Below, in pieces: positions 46,491 through 55,816 of a stretch of 64,000 nucleotides of DNA. Source of the stretch: Planctomycetota bacterium. GTDB taxonomy: Bacteria; Planctomycetota; PLA2; JAEUHO01. Under the pieces are notes generated by a model. The model had not been told where the DNA came from and did not search any database. It saw only the letters and a program-made list of their open reading frames with translations. Location: contig JBFWRP010000003.1 of the NCBI GenBank assembly GCA_050248855.1, positions 128,001 to 192,000 of the forward strand. The letters run 5' to 3'. A program made the translations under genes and the position numbers. The stretch's first letter is position 1; each line of letters begins with the position of its first letter.

Positions 46491-49147
46491 GCGACGGGCC
46501 TGCGGCGATGGGCGGCCACGTCGACGAGCAGCCAGGCGAGCGCGGCGGCCAGCACCCACGGCCAGCGCGGGATCTCGCGGGATCGTGCGCCCCAGGGCAA
46601 CGCGGACACGAACGCCGACGGCTCGGTGGTGGCCGGTCCGAGCGCCTGCTCGAGGCCCGTGCGGTCGGCCGCGGGCACGGGCGCGGGCGGCCGGCGCGGC
46701 ACCACGCGGTCGAGGGCGGGGAGCGGGCGGCCGTCGAGGCGGCCGTCGACGCGGACGCGCGCGCCGGGCACGACGTCCGGCGGAAGCGGGATCGACTGCC
46801 GGCGCTCGCGGGGCGTGGTCGTGCCCAACGGATGGCGGCGACCGTCTTCCAGCGTCACGACCAGCTCGAGCTGCGCCGGCCTGTCCGCGGGCCACAGCAC
46901 CTCCACGTAGGCCGGGCCCTCCGCGGGAGCACGCAGCTCCAAGCGGGGCACGTCGGCGGGACCGCCCTCGGGCGCAGCCACACCCGCCAGGACCTGTCCC
47001 ACGAACGCCGCGGCACGCGGCCATGCCGCCCAGCCTTCGTCGTCCGGTGGCAGGAGCAGCACGGCGACGCGGCCGAGCCCGGCGCGCGCCATCACGACCA
47101 CCGGCGCCGCCTCGTCGTCGTCGCGCTCCAGCACGACCAGCGCGTCGCCGCGCAGGCGGGCCCGGCGCGGCGCGCCCACGGCGGGCCAGGCGGCGTGCTC
47201 GAAGCCCGCCAGGACCTCGTGGGCCGCGCGTGTGCGCAGCGGCACGGGGGGCGCCGGCGCCGGCCGGGGCGGCGGTGTGGGGGGCGTCGGCGGTGGCGTG
47301 GGGGCCTCCGGCGGCGGCTCTCGCGCGGGCTCCGCGTCGGGCGACGGCTCCGGGCGCCGCTCGGGGTCCGGCAGCCGCGCCACGCGCTCGCCGCGTGCGT
47401 CGGTGACCCGCTGGGTGTCGCGCGTCACCACCACGGGCACCTGGTCGGGCGTCGGGGCGTAGAGGACCGCGCCGCCTGCCGCGAGGCGCACGATCTCGCG
47501 CAGCTGCGACATGCGGGCGCCGCGCCCGATGCCCACGGCCGTCAGCGTGATGCCGCCCTCGCGCAACGGTTGCATGACCTTCCCGAAGAGCGGGCCGGGC
47601 GGGTGCTGTTCCCCGTCGGTCAGCAGCAACACGTGGCGGATGCGTCCCGTCTCCGCGGCCATGACCTCGCTGGCCTTGGCGAGCGCGGCGTGGATGTTCG
47701 TCTCCGTGCCGTCGGCCTGGACCAAGCCCAAGGCCAGCTTGAGGTTGGGGCGCCCCGCGCGGGGCGCGAGGGCGACGCGCGCCTCCTCGGCGAACACGAT
47801 CGCCCCCAGCCGGTCCGACGCGCCCAGCGCCTCGGCCGCACCCTGCGCGGCCTGCAGCGCCATCGCGAACTTGTCGCCCTCCATGCTGCCGCTGCGATCG
47901 ATCAGCAACAGCAGCGTGATCGGGAGCGCCTCGTCGGGAGCGCGGCGGGCGGCCAGCCCCGGGCCCTCCTGCGGGGGCGGCGCAACCGGCGGAGGCGGCG
48001 GTGGGGGCGTAGGCGGGGGAGGAGGAGCCGGCTCCGGCGCCGGAGGCGGCGTCGGCAGCGGCTCCAGCGGCAGCAGGGCGGCCAGCGGGCTCGCGGCCAA
48101 CCGCGCCCAGGCTTCGTCGGTGGCGCCCGCTTCCACGACCAGCCCGCGGCCCGCGCGAACGGCGCGCGCCAGGGCCTCGGCGGCGTCCGCCGGCAGGTCG
48201 GCGAGGAACGCGGCGTCCGCCACGACGACGTCGGCGTGGAGCAGCTCGTCGGGGGCGCCCGTCAGCCGCTGGAGGGGCAGCCCCTGCGCCGAGGCGGCCC
48301 GCGCGCTCCACGAGGCACCCGGGTTGGCGAGGGCGGCGAGGTAGCGCGGCGGCGCCGGGACGAAGACGACTTGCCGCGCCGTGTCGAGCACGCGGCCGGA
48401 GGTGTCCGCCACCGCCAGCGCAACCTCGTGCCAGCCGGGGGCGAGGGCCGGTAGGCGCCGATCGACCTCGATGCGGCCGTCCGCGGCGGGAGCAGGCAGG
48501 CTGCCCTCGGCCACGAGGTCCCCATCCACCAGCCAACGTGCGCTCCGGGCGGCGGCCCCGGCCACCCGCGCACGCGCCGTGAACGCCCCTCGCGCCGAGC
48601 CCGGCACGCCCAGCTCCTCGACGCGCGGACCCGCCGCAGGCGTGCTGGCGTCCGCGGGGAGCGGGACGTGGCCCACGCGGACTCCCCGTTGGCGAAGCCG
48701 GTCGAGCACCTCCGGCGCGCCCTCCAGGCCCTCGTGGCCCGAGGACAGCAGCAGGATGCCGCCGGCCTCCCCGCGCGCGAACGCACCGCCTGCAGCCGCC
48801 AAGGCGTCATCGACACGCCCGGCGACATCGAGATCGAGCACCTCCGCGCCCGCGCGGCGCGCCTCGGCGTGGACAGCCAGGCGAAGGGCCTCGGCCTCGG
48901 CGGTCGCCGCACCGCCCGGCAGCGGAGCGGTGGCCACCACCACGCGCGGTGGCAGCGGGACCGCGCTCGTCTCGCGCGGCGCGGCCAGCGCCACGACGGC
49001 CAGGCCCACGAGGAGCGACCGCGTCACCGTCCGCGCCAGCACGGCCCCGCGTCCGCCGCCCAGGCGCGCCTCGAGCAGCAGGACGACGAGCGGTACCGCC
49101 GGCAGCACGGCAAGCCAGGCCGGCCACGCGAAGTGCCAGCCGCTCAA
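46487..49147 (-). CDS. Membrane-anchored VWA-domain protein with BatA-like N-terminus and Pro-rich linkers
   Basis: TTG overlapping upstream TGA; FAWPAWLAVLP N-terminus; MIDAS DRSGSM...T...LLTDG; C-terminal TM WPWVLAAALAWLLVD. Confidence 0.8.
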   Translation of the reverse strand: MSGWHFAWPAWLAVLPAVPLVVLLLEARLGGGRGAVLARTVTRSLLVGLAVVALAAPRETSAVPLPPRVVVATAPLPGGAATAEAEALRLAVHAEARRAGAEVLDLDVAGRVDDALAAAGGAFARGEAGGILLLSSGHEGLEGAPEVLDRLRQRGVRVGHVPLPADASTPAAGPRVEELGVPGSARGAFTARARVAGAAARSARWLVDGDLVAEGSLPAPAADGRIEVDRRLPALAPGWHEVALAVADTSGRVLDTARQVVFVPAPPRYLAALANPGASWSARAASAQGLPLQRLTGAPDELLHADVVVADAAFLADLPADAAEALARAVRAGRGLVVEAGATDEAWARLAASPLAALLPLEPLPTPPPAPEPAPPPPPTPPPPPPPVAPPPQEGPGLAARRAPDEALPITLLLLIDRSGSMEGDKFAMALQAAQGAAEALGASDRLGAIVFAEEARVALAPRAGRPNLKLALGLVQADGTETNIHAALAKASEVMAAETGRIRHVLLLTDGEQHPPGPLFGKVMQPLREGGITLTAVGIGRGARMSQLREIVRLAAGGAVLYAPTPDQVPVVVTRDTQRVTDARGERVARLPDPERRPEPSPDAEPAREPPPEAPTPPPTPPTPPPRPAPAPPVPLRTRAAHEVLAGFEHAAWPAVGAPRRARLRGDALVVLERDDDEAAPVVVMARAGLGRVAVLLLPPDDEGWAAWPRAAAFVGQVLAGVAAPEGGPADVPRLELRAPAEGPAYVEVLWPADRPAQLELVVTLEDGRRHPLGTTTPRERRQSIPLPPDVVPGARVRVDGRLDGRPLPALDRVVPRRPPAPVPAADRTGLEQALGPATTEPSAFVSALPWGARSREIPRWPWVLAAALAWLLVDVAAHRRRPVA

Positions 49148-50514
49148 CGCGCACGGACCAGCAGGGGGCGGACCCAGTCGGCGCGGTCGAGGGTGGAGAG
49201 GCCGTCCGGCCCGCGATCCACTTCCAGCGTGAGGGTCTTGACGCCGCTGACGTCCAGGGTCCCCGTCCACGTGACGCCCTCGCCGCCCTTGACGCTGGCG
49301 GCCTCCCAGAGGACGCGGTCGTCACCCAGCACGCGGGCGCCGACGTCGCCGCGGACGACCTCCGAAGAGCCGGGCGCGGTCTCGAGGACGCTGTCGTCCA
49401 CGCCGACACCGACCTCGAACGTGGACCACTTCCCATCGAGGTCGATGCGGACGCGCGACGTGCTGTGCACCGCGAAGCCGTGGCGCCAGCTCGTTCCGCC
49501 CACGATCAACGGCCGACCGTCCGCGCGCCGGTCCACGCGCGTACGCCACAGCTGGGCCAGGATCTGGTCCACGCCGACGTCGGCATGGTCGGCCGTGCCC
49601 GTGTCCACCTCGCTGGTGAAGGGCAGGTACGTGGCGTAGTCGAACGAGCCGCCGCGGGCACGCAGCGTGGCGACGGCCGCACGCGGTACGCGCCACGTGA
49701 CCGACGGCAGCGAGCGCGGGACGAGCACGAGGTGCGCGCCCTCGCTGCGCGGCGGCGACGCGGTGGGGATGCGGCTTCCGTCGGTGAGCTCCACCTCGAC
49801 GGAGAGCCCCGTCGCCAGGGGGGCGGGCGCCGTGCCGCCCTCCGCCGCGACATGCAGGGTGCGTGCGCGGCTCCATGCGATGCTGCGCTCGCGTCCGCCT
49901 TCGTCTTCGAGGACGATGGCCTCGCGCCCGAGCTCGAGCAGCGTGCCGGACAAGCGGTCGTCGACCTCGTCGTACACGACGTCGCGCCCGGGCTCGGCGG
50001 GGTGCATGTCCGTGCGGTCCAACGTCAGCGGCACGTCGGGCGGCAAGGCCTCGACGCGTCGCAGCGCCTCGAGCGGTAGCCGCACGATGCCGAGCCCCGC
50101 GACATCGAGCTGCAGGGCCTCGGTGTCGTCGGCCTCGGCCTGACGCGTACCGAGCAGGACTTCGCCACCCACGAGGTGGGCGCGCCAGAGCAACGCGGAG
50201 CGGTCGGCCGCGGGGCCGCTGGTCGAGCCCGTCGAGAGCTCCACGATGCCGTCCCACGGCACGAGGCGCGCGTCGCCGATGGCCGGGCGGAACCGGACGC
50301 CCGAAGCCTCCACCTCGAGCAACGTCCCCCGCTCGGCCTCCTGGCCGTGGACGAGAAGGCGCGCCGTCGGGGCCGGGGCGCGGGGCTCGTCCGCCGCGGC
50401 TTGGGGCCCGGTGCTGGCCGCTCGCCCCAAGGCGGCGGCCACGACCAACAGGGGGACGGCCCAGCGAGCGGGGTGGCCAGGGTCGGGACGACGGGACGGC
50501 AGGCGATCAGGCAT
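49144..50514 (-). CDS. Exported NPCBM/NEW2-domain protein
   Basis: C-terminal HGFAVHSTSRVRIDLDG...FEVGVGVDD...GDV...LDVSGVKTLTLEV...ADWVRP. Confidence 0.78.
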   Translation of the reverse strand: MPDRLPSRRPDPGHPARWAVPLLVVAAALGRAASTGPQAAADEPRAPAPTARLLVHGQEAERGTLLEVEASGVRFRPAIGDARLVPWDGIVELSTGSTSGPAADRSALLWRAHLVGGEVLLGTRQAEADDTEALQLDVAGLGIVRLPLEALRRVEALPPDVPLTLDRTDMHPAEPGRDVVYDEVDDRLSGTLLELGREAIVLEDEGGRERSIAWSRARTLHVAAEGGTAPAPLATGLSVEVELTDGSRIPTASPPRSEGAHLVLVPRSLPSVTWRVPRAAVATLRARGGSFDYATYLPFTSEVDTGTADHADVGVDQILAQLWRTRVDRRADGRPLIVGGTSWRHGFAVHSTSRVRIDLDGKWSTFEVGVGVDDSVLETAPGSSEVVRGDVGARVLGDDRVLWEAASVKGGEGVTWTGTLDVSGVKTLTLEVDRGPDGLSTLDRADWVRPLLVRAR

Positions 50515-50678
50515 GGCCCGAGTGTCGAAAGGCCTGCACCCCTCGTCAACGACCCCCCGGGAGGGGCGGTGGGCAGTTCCTGCGTGGCGCCCGGCGCTGC
50601 TTCGGGCACCATGCCCCTCCACGCCGACGCGTGGGGGGGGCCCGGCGCCCCGCTGTCGAGGAGAGCACGGAACGTCGC

Positions 50679-51527
50679 ATGGGGTCGTCCACGGGGGCCG
50701 TGCCGCGGTTGGGACTGCGCTGGTACGGGCGCTCCTCGGTCGGCTGCGTCCGTGCCAACAACGAGGACAACCTCTGCGCCCGCGGCCTGCTCGGCGAGAA
50801 CGGGCCCAGCAGCGGCACGGAGGACGCCCTGGAGGGCGCTGCGCCGCTGGAGCGCCCGGGCGTGCTTCTCGCGGTGGCCGACGGCATCGGCGGGGAGCGG
50901 GCCGGTGAGGTCGCCAGCGGCATGGCGGTCAGCATCCTCGCCGAGACGCTCGCCCAGCGCGCCGGTCGCGGCAACGACACCGAGACGGCGCGCGAGGACC
51001 TCCACGCCGCGCTCGTTGCCGCCGTGCACCTCGCCAGCGAGCGCATCCGCGACGAGGGCGCAAGCAACCCTTCGCGCGCGCGCATGGGCACCACGCTCAC
51101 CGCAGCATGGGCGCTGGACGACGTGGCGCTGTTGGCCCACGTCGGCGACAGCCGGGCCTACCTCTGGCGAGGCGGGCGCCTGCAGCAGCTGACCCGCGAC
51201 CAGACGTGGGCCGAGAAGCTGCTCGAGGACAACATCATCGGGCCCGACGAGGTGGGGCGCGTCGCGGGGCGACACATCCTCATGCAGGCGCTGGGCAGCG
51301 ACGAGGACATCGAGGTCGCGGTCTCCACGCTGGCGCTGCAGGACGGCGACACCTTCCTGCTCTGCACGGACGGGCTGAGCGGGGTGGTGCCGGAGGACGT
51401 GCTCCGCGACGAGCTGCACCGCGGGGGCAGCCTCGAGGGCTTGGTCGATCGCCTGATCCACGGGGCCGAGAAGCGCGGCGGGCCGGACAACATCACGCTG
51501 CTGGCGGCCCGCGTCGCAACGGTCTGA
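50679..51527 (+). CDS. PP2C-family Ser/Thr protein phosphatase
   Basis: VRANNED, VADGIGG, GEVAS, MGTTL, HVGDSRAY, LLCTDGL, GGPDNIT. Confidence 0.93.
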   Translation: MGSSTGAVPRLGLRWYGRSSVGCVRANNEDNLCARGLLGENGPSSGTEDALEGAAPLERPGVLLAVADGIGGERAGEVASGMAVSILAETLAQRAGRGNDTETAREDLHAALVAAVHLASERIRDEGASNPSRARMGTTLTAAWALDDVALLAHVGDSRAYLWRGGRLQQLTRDQTWAEKLLEDNIIGPDEVGRVAGRHILMQALGSDEDIEVAVSTLALQDGDTFLLCTDGLSGVVPEDVLRDELHRGGSLEGLVDRLIHGAEKRGGPDNITLLAARVATV

Positions 51528-51680
51528 ACCCCGGTCCGCCCCGCGGGGCCGGACTTGCCGGCCTTTTGCGGTCCCCGGGCCGTGCCGGCCGTACCTACGG
51601 GGAGAAGGACCCGAGGCGGCCGCCGGCCGCGATCCCCGTACGGCGCGGGAACCGTGGCATCCTGCCGGTGTCGAAAGGCG

Positions 51681-52307
51681 ATGGGAACCGAAACCCCTCC
51701 CCCTGCTGGCGATCCGGACCGCGACCTCGTGAAGGCCGCGCAGGCGGGCGCGAGCGAGGCCTTCGACCGTCTGGTCGTGCGTCACCAGGACCGCGTGGTG
51801 CGGTTGGCGCGGCGCATCACGGGCGACGCGGAGACCGCGCTCGACGTCGCGCAGACGGTGTTCGTCAGGGCCTGGCGAGGGCTGTCCCGGTTCCACGGAG
51901 ACAGCCGCTTCTCGACATGGCTCACCCGCATCGCCATCAACCAGTGCCGCAACGAGCTCCGTCGTCGACGGACGCTCAAGCACACGCGTCCTGCGTCGCT
52001 CGACGAGACCTCGCCCTTCACGGGCACGTCGCGCGCCGCGAACGTGGCGGACCCGGGTCCGACCCTCGAGGAGCATGCCGAGGCACGCGAGCTGGGGCGG
52101 GCGCTGGAAGACGCGCTGCGGGACCTGGAGCCCGAAGCGAGGGAGATCCTCGTGTTGCGGGAGGTGGAAGCGCTCTCCTACGAGGACATGGCGGCCCTCT
52201 TGGACGTCGCCGTGGGCACCGTGCGCAGCCGGCTGCACCGCGCCCGCGCGGCGCTGCGGACCGCGCTCGACGGACAGGGTGTGCCCAGCCCCGCGAGGGC
52301 GCGATGA
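51681..52307 (+). CDS. ECF sigma-70 factor
   Basis: AFDRLVVRHQ, FSTWLTRIAIN, LSYEDMAALLDVAVGTVRSRLHRAR. Confidence 0.92.
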   Translation: MGTETPPPAGDPDRDLVKAAQAGASEAFDRLVVRHQDRVVRLARRITGDAETALDVAQTVFVRAWRGLSRFHGDSRFSTWLTRIAINQCRNELRRRRTLKHTRPASLDETSPFTGTSRAANVADPGPTLEEHAEARELGRALEDALRDLEPEAREILVLREVEALSYEDMAALLDVAVGTVRSRLHRARAALRTALDGQGVPSPARAR

Positions 52308-52338
52308 CCGCTTCCCGTGAGCAGCCCGGGGGTGCCCG

Positions 52339-53229
52339 ATGAGCGGCGCACCGATCGAGCCCCACGACGAGGACACCCTCGCCCTGCTCTCCGACCACCT
52401 GGATGGTCGGCTCGACGCGGCCGCCGAGGCCGCCCTGCGCACGCGCCTGGCCGGCGACCCGGCGCTGGCCGCCGAGCTCGACGCGATGCGCGCGCTGGGC
52501 GCCGCGCTGCGCGAGGAGACCGCGCGCCTCCCCGGTGCCCCAGAGGGGTTCCTCGGCGGCGTGCGTGACGCCATCGCGCGCGGCGACGGGCGCACGGGCG
52601 ATGGTCGTCCGAAGCTGTTGCGCTTCCTCGGCGCCGCCTACGCGGCCGCGGCCCTGCTCATCGTCGGCTGGACGATCGGCTGGTACGTCGATCGCGAACG
52701 AGGCGCGGCCCCCGCATCGCGCGCGCAGACGGCCGAGGAGCCCGCAGCAGGTGTGTGGGACAAGACCCTGGCGCAGAGCCCCGCCCCGAGCGCGCCCGAG
52801 CCCCTCCCGTCGGCCGACGGACGCTTCTTCGGCGCGCCCGCGGGCGCGGTCGACCCGGGACAGCGCACGCCCAGTGACGTGGCGGCCGAGGCGGTTGCCA
52901 CCGCGCGCACGCGCCGCGCCGGCGAAGGCGACGCCACCGTGCGTCGCCTCGTCGTCCGAGCGCGCGACGTCGTCGCGTTCCGGGCCTGGCTCTCGCTGGT
53001 GCTCGCCGACCAGCCGACGCCAGCGGCGGACGAGGCCGGCGTCGTCGACGCCGTGGTCACGACCGATGCGGGCACGCTGCCGGCGGCTGGGCGCACCACC
53101 TTGCGCTTCGCGCTCGACCGCACCACGTGGAAGCGGTTGTTCGATCGTCTAGGCCTCGCGGCCGTGGCCGCGGAGGCTCCCGACGGCGAGACGTCGCTCG
53201 AGGTGGACGTGGTCGAGACCGGCAAGTAG
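52339..53229 (+). CDS. Transmembrane anti-sigma factor
   Basis: LLSDHLDGRLDAAAEAAL anti-sigma domain directly after ECF; TM AAAALLIVGWTIGWY. Confidence 0.75.
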   Translation: MSGAPIEPHDEDTLALLSDHLDGRLDAAAEAALRTRLAGDPALAAELDAMRALGAALREETARLPGAPEGFLGGVRDAIARGDGRTGDGRPKLLRFLGAAYAAAALLIVGWTIGWYVDRERGAAPASRAQTAEEPAAGVWDKTLAQSPAPSAPEPLPSADGRFFGAPAGAVDPGQRTPSDVAAEAVATARTRRAGEGDATVRRLVVRARDVVAFRAWLSLVLADQPTPAADEAGVVDAVVTTDAGTLPAAGRTTLRFALDRTTWKRLFDRLGLAAVAAEAPDGETSLEVDVVETGK

Positions 53230-53258
53230 CGGTCCCCAAGGCGCGTACCTTGGCGGGT

Positions 53259-53702
53259 GTGCGACGCGCGCTGACCGCCGTGCTGGTGATCGTCTTGGCA
53301 GCGGGCGCCGTGCTGGTCGGACGCACCGCAGGCGGCATGTTGCGGCGACGCACCACAGGTCCTGCAACGACCCGGGAGCGTCCCTGGGCCGAGAGCCTCT
53401 CGAAGGTGCTCGACGCGATGGACCGCGCCGCGCGCGAGGACGCGCGCGTGGCGTGGGATGCCTTGACCCCGGGCGCGCGCGTCGGCGCGGCCGCGGAGCT
53501 GGTCGCCGCGTGGCTCGCGGAGGACCCCGAACGCCTCCAGGCCCTCGCCGATCGCGGACATCCCCCGGCCATCGCGGCGCGCGCCGCCGTGGAGGCGATC
53601 CGCCTGCGCGAACGGACCGGAATCCTGGACGCCGAGGGGCGCGCGGCGTTTTCCCGGCGCTGGCCCGGATCGTGGTGGTCGCCGGATCGGGGACCGCCAT
53701 GA
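53259..53702 (+). CDS. Hypothetical membrane-anchored protein
   Basis: GTG 7 nt after TACCTT; hydrophobic N-terminus; stop overlaps recG ATG. Confidence 0.55.
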   Translation: MRRALTAVLVIVLAAGAVLVGRTAGGMLRRRTTGPATTRERPWAESLSKVLDAMDRAAREDARVAWDALTPGARVGAAAELVAAWLAEDPERLQALADRGHPPAIAARAAVEAIRLRERTGILDAEGRAAFSRRWPGSWWSPDRGPP

Positions 53703-55789
53703 GCGCGGACGCGCCCACGCTGGAGGGCATCGGGCCGGGGACGAGCCTCGCTGCCCTGCCGGGCGTGCCGGAGCCGCGCGCCGCCGCGTTGGCGGCCCTC
53801 GGGGTCGGCTCCGTCGAGGACTTGCTGCGGCACGCGCCCCGCCGCTACGAGGACCGCCGCCGCGCGACGCCCATTGCCGAGCTTGCCGCGGGCGCCGACG
53901 CCTTCGTGGTGGCGCGCGTCGAGCGCGCGCGCACGGTTCGGGCGCGCGGGGGTCTGGCCATCGTCGAGGCCAGGCTCCGCGACGAGAGCGGCGCCGTCGA
54001 TGCCCGTTGGTTCCACCGCGGCTACGTGCCCCGCGCCCCCGCCGTGGGCTCACGCTTGGCCGTCTACGGTGCACCGCGGGCCGAGCGGGGCGCGCTGCTG
54101 CTGCACGCGCCGGCGTCCGAGCGACTGCCCGACGAGGGCGAAGCGGAGGGCCCCGGCGTGTTCCGGCTCGTGCCCGTGCACGCCGCTGGGCGGGGCGTGA
54201 CCCCCTTGTTCATCCGTCGCTTGGTCTGGCGCCTGCTCGGCCTCGCGGACGCCGTGTCGGACCTCGTCCCCGCGCCGCATCGGGAGGAGCTGGGCCTCGG
54301 GCCGCTGCGCCACGCCCTGCGGGAGCTGCACTTCCCCTCCGACGAGGAGGCGGCCGCGCGCGCACGACGTCGCTTGGCGTTCGACGAGCTGCTCGTCCAC
54401 GACGTCGCCTTCCGCATGCGCCGTCGTGCCGTCGCTCGGCGCGGCGCGGTGGCCTGCCCCGTCCCGCCGGCGCTCGACGAGCGCATCCGGGCGCGCTTTC
54501 CCTTCACCTTGACGCCGGCCCAGGATGCGGTGGTCGCGGAGATCGCGGCGGATCTCGCGCGCCCGCTCCCGATGCGCCGTTTGCTGCAGGGCGACGTCGG
54601 TGCGGGCAAGACCGCCGTGGCCGCGTACGCCGCGCTGGTCGCGGTGGCCGCGGGCCAGCAGGTGGCCGTGGTTGCGCCTACGGAGATCCTCGCCCGCCAG
54701 CATGCCGACACGCTGACGACGTGGCTGGAGGGCAGTCGCGTCCGCGTCGGCTGGTTCGGAGGCGGGCGGCGCACGGCGGCTCGCCTGCGCGAGCTGGAGG
54801 CGCTCGCCCGCGGCGACGTCGACCTGGCAGTCGGCACGCACGCGTTGCTGCAAGACGACGTGCGCTTCGCTCGCCTCGGCCTGGCCGTGGTGGACGAACA
54901 GCACCGCTTCGGCGTGGCCCAGCGACGGCGCCTCCTGGCGCCACGCGACGACGGGCGCGTGCCGCACTTGCTCGCCATGAGCGCGACGCCCATCCCGCGC
55001 ACGTTGGCCATGGCCGTGCACGGCGACCTCGACGTGAGCGTGCTGGAGGGACGCTTGCCGGGCCGCCGCGATGTCGAGACGCACGTCGTGCGACCGCGCG
55101 AGGGGCGCCGCGTCCTCGGCCGCGTCGAGGCCGCCATCGATGCGGGGCAGCAGGCGTACGTGATCTACCCCCTCGTGAGCGAGAGCGAGGCCCTCGACTT
55201 GAAGGACGCCGAGGCGGCCGTGGAACGCTGGCGCCGCGCCCTGCCGCGCGCCCGTGTCGCCCTGCTCACGGGTCGCATGAAGCGCGCCGAGAAGGACGAG
55301 GTGATGACCCGCTTCCGCGCGGGCCAGGTGGACCTGCTCGTGGCCACCGTCGTCGTGGAGGTGGGGGTGGACGTGCCGGGCGCCACGATCCTCGTCGTGG
55401 AGCACGCCGAGCGCTTCGGGTTGTCGCAGCTGCACCAGCTGCGCGGTCGCGTGGGTCGCGGCGACCTGCCCGGTCTCTGCGTCCTCGTGGACCGTTCGCG
55501 GGCAGGCGCTCCGCCCGCTCGCCTCGAGGTCCTCGCGCGGACCCACGACGGCCTGGCCATCGCCGAGGAGGACCTGGCCCTGCGCGGGGTGGGCGACCTG
55601 TTCGGGACGCGCCAGAGCGGACGCCCGGCCTTCCGCGCGGCCGAGCTGCCCCGGGATCTCGCCCTCCTCGCGCGGGCGCGCCAGGTGGCGGCCGGTCTGC
55701 TCGCGCAGGACCCGGGCCTGCTGGCGGAGGAGCACCGGCCCTTGCGCCGGACGGCCCTGGCGCTCGTACGGCGGATGACCCGGGCGTGA
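53699..55789 (+). CDS. recG: ATP-dependent DNA helicase RecG
   Basis: PRRYED, RLLQGDVGAGKT, APTEILARQH, DEQHRFGV, MSATPIPR, AERFGLSQLHQLRGRVGRG, GTRQSG. Confidence 0.97.
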   Translation: MSADAPTLEGIGPGTSLAALPGVPEPRAAALAALGVGSVEDLLRHAPRRYEDRRRATPIAELAAGADAFVVARVERARTVRARGGLAIVEARLRDESGAVDARWFHRGYVPRAPAVGSRLAVYGAPRAERGALLLHAPASERLPDEGEAEGPGVFRLVPVHAAGRGVTPLFIRRLVWRLLGLADAVSDLVPAPHREELGLGPLRHALRELHFPSDEEAAARARRRLAFDELLVHDVAFRMRRRAVARRGAVACPVPPALDERIRARFPFTLTPAQDAVVAEIAADLARPLPMRRLLQGDVGAGKTAVAAYAALVAVAAGQQVAVVAPTEILARQHADTLTTWLEGSRVRVGWFGGGRRTAARLRELEALARGDVDLAVGTHALLQDDVRFARLGLAVVDEQHRFGVAQRRRLLAPRDDGRVPHLLAMSATPIPRTLAMAVHGDLDVSVLEGRLPGRRDVETHVVRPREGRRVLGRVEAAIDAGQQAYVIYPLVSESEALDLKDAEAAVERWRRALPRARVALLTGRMKRAEKDEVMTRFRAGQVDLLVATVVVEVGVDVPGATILVVEHAERFGLSQLHQLRGRVGRGDLPGLCVLVDRSRAGAPPARLEVLARTHDGLAIAEEDLALRGVGDLFGTRQSGRPAFRAAELPRDLALLARARQVAAGLLAQDPGLLAEEHRPLRRTALALVRRMTRA

Positions 55790-55816
55790 CCCGTGCCGGG
55801 GACGCTCGGCGGCGTG

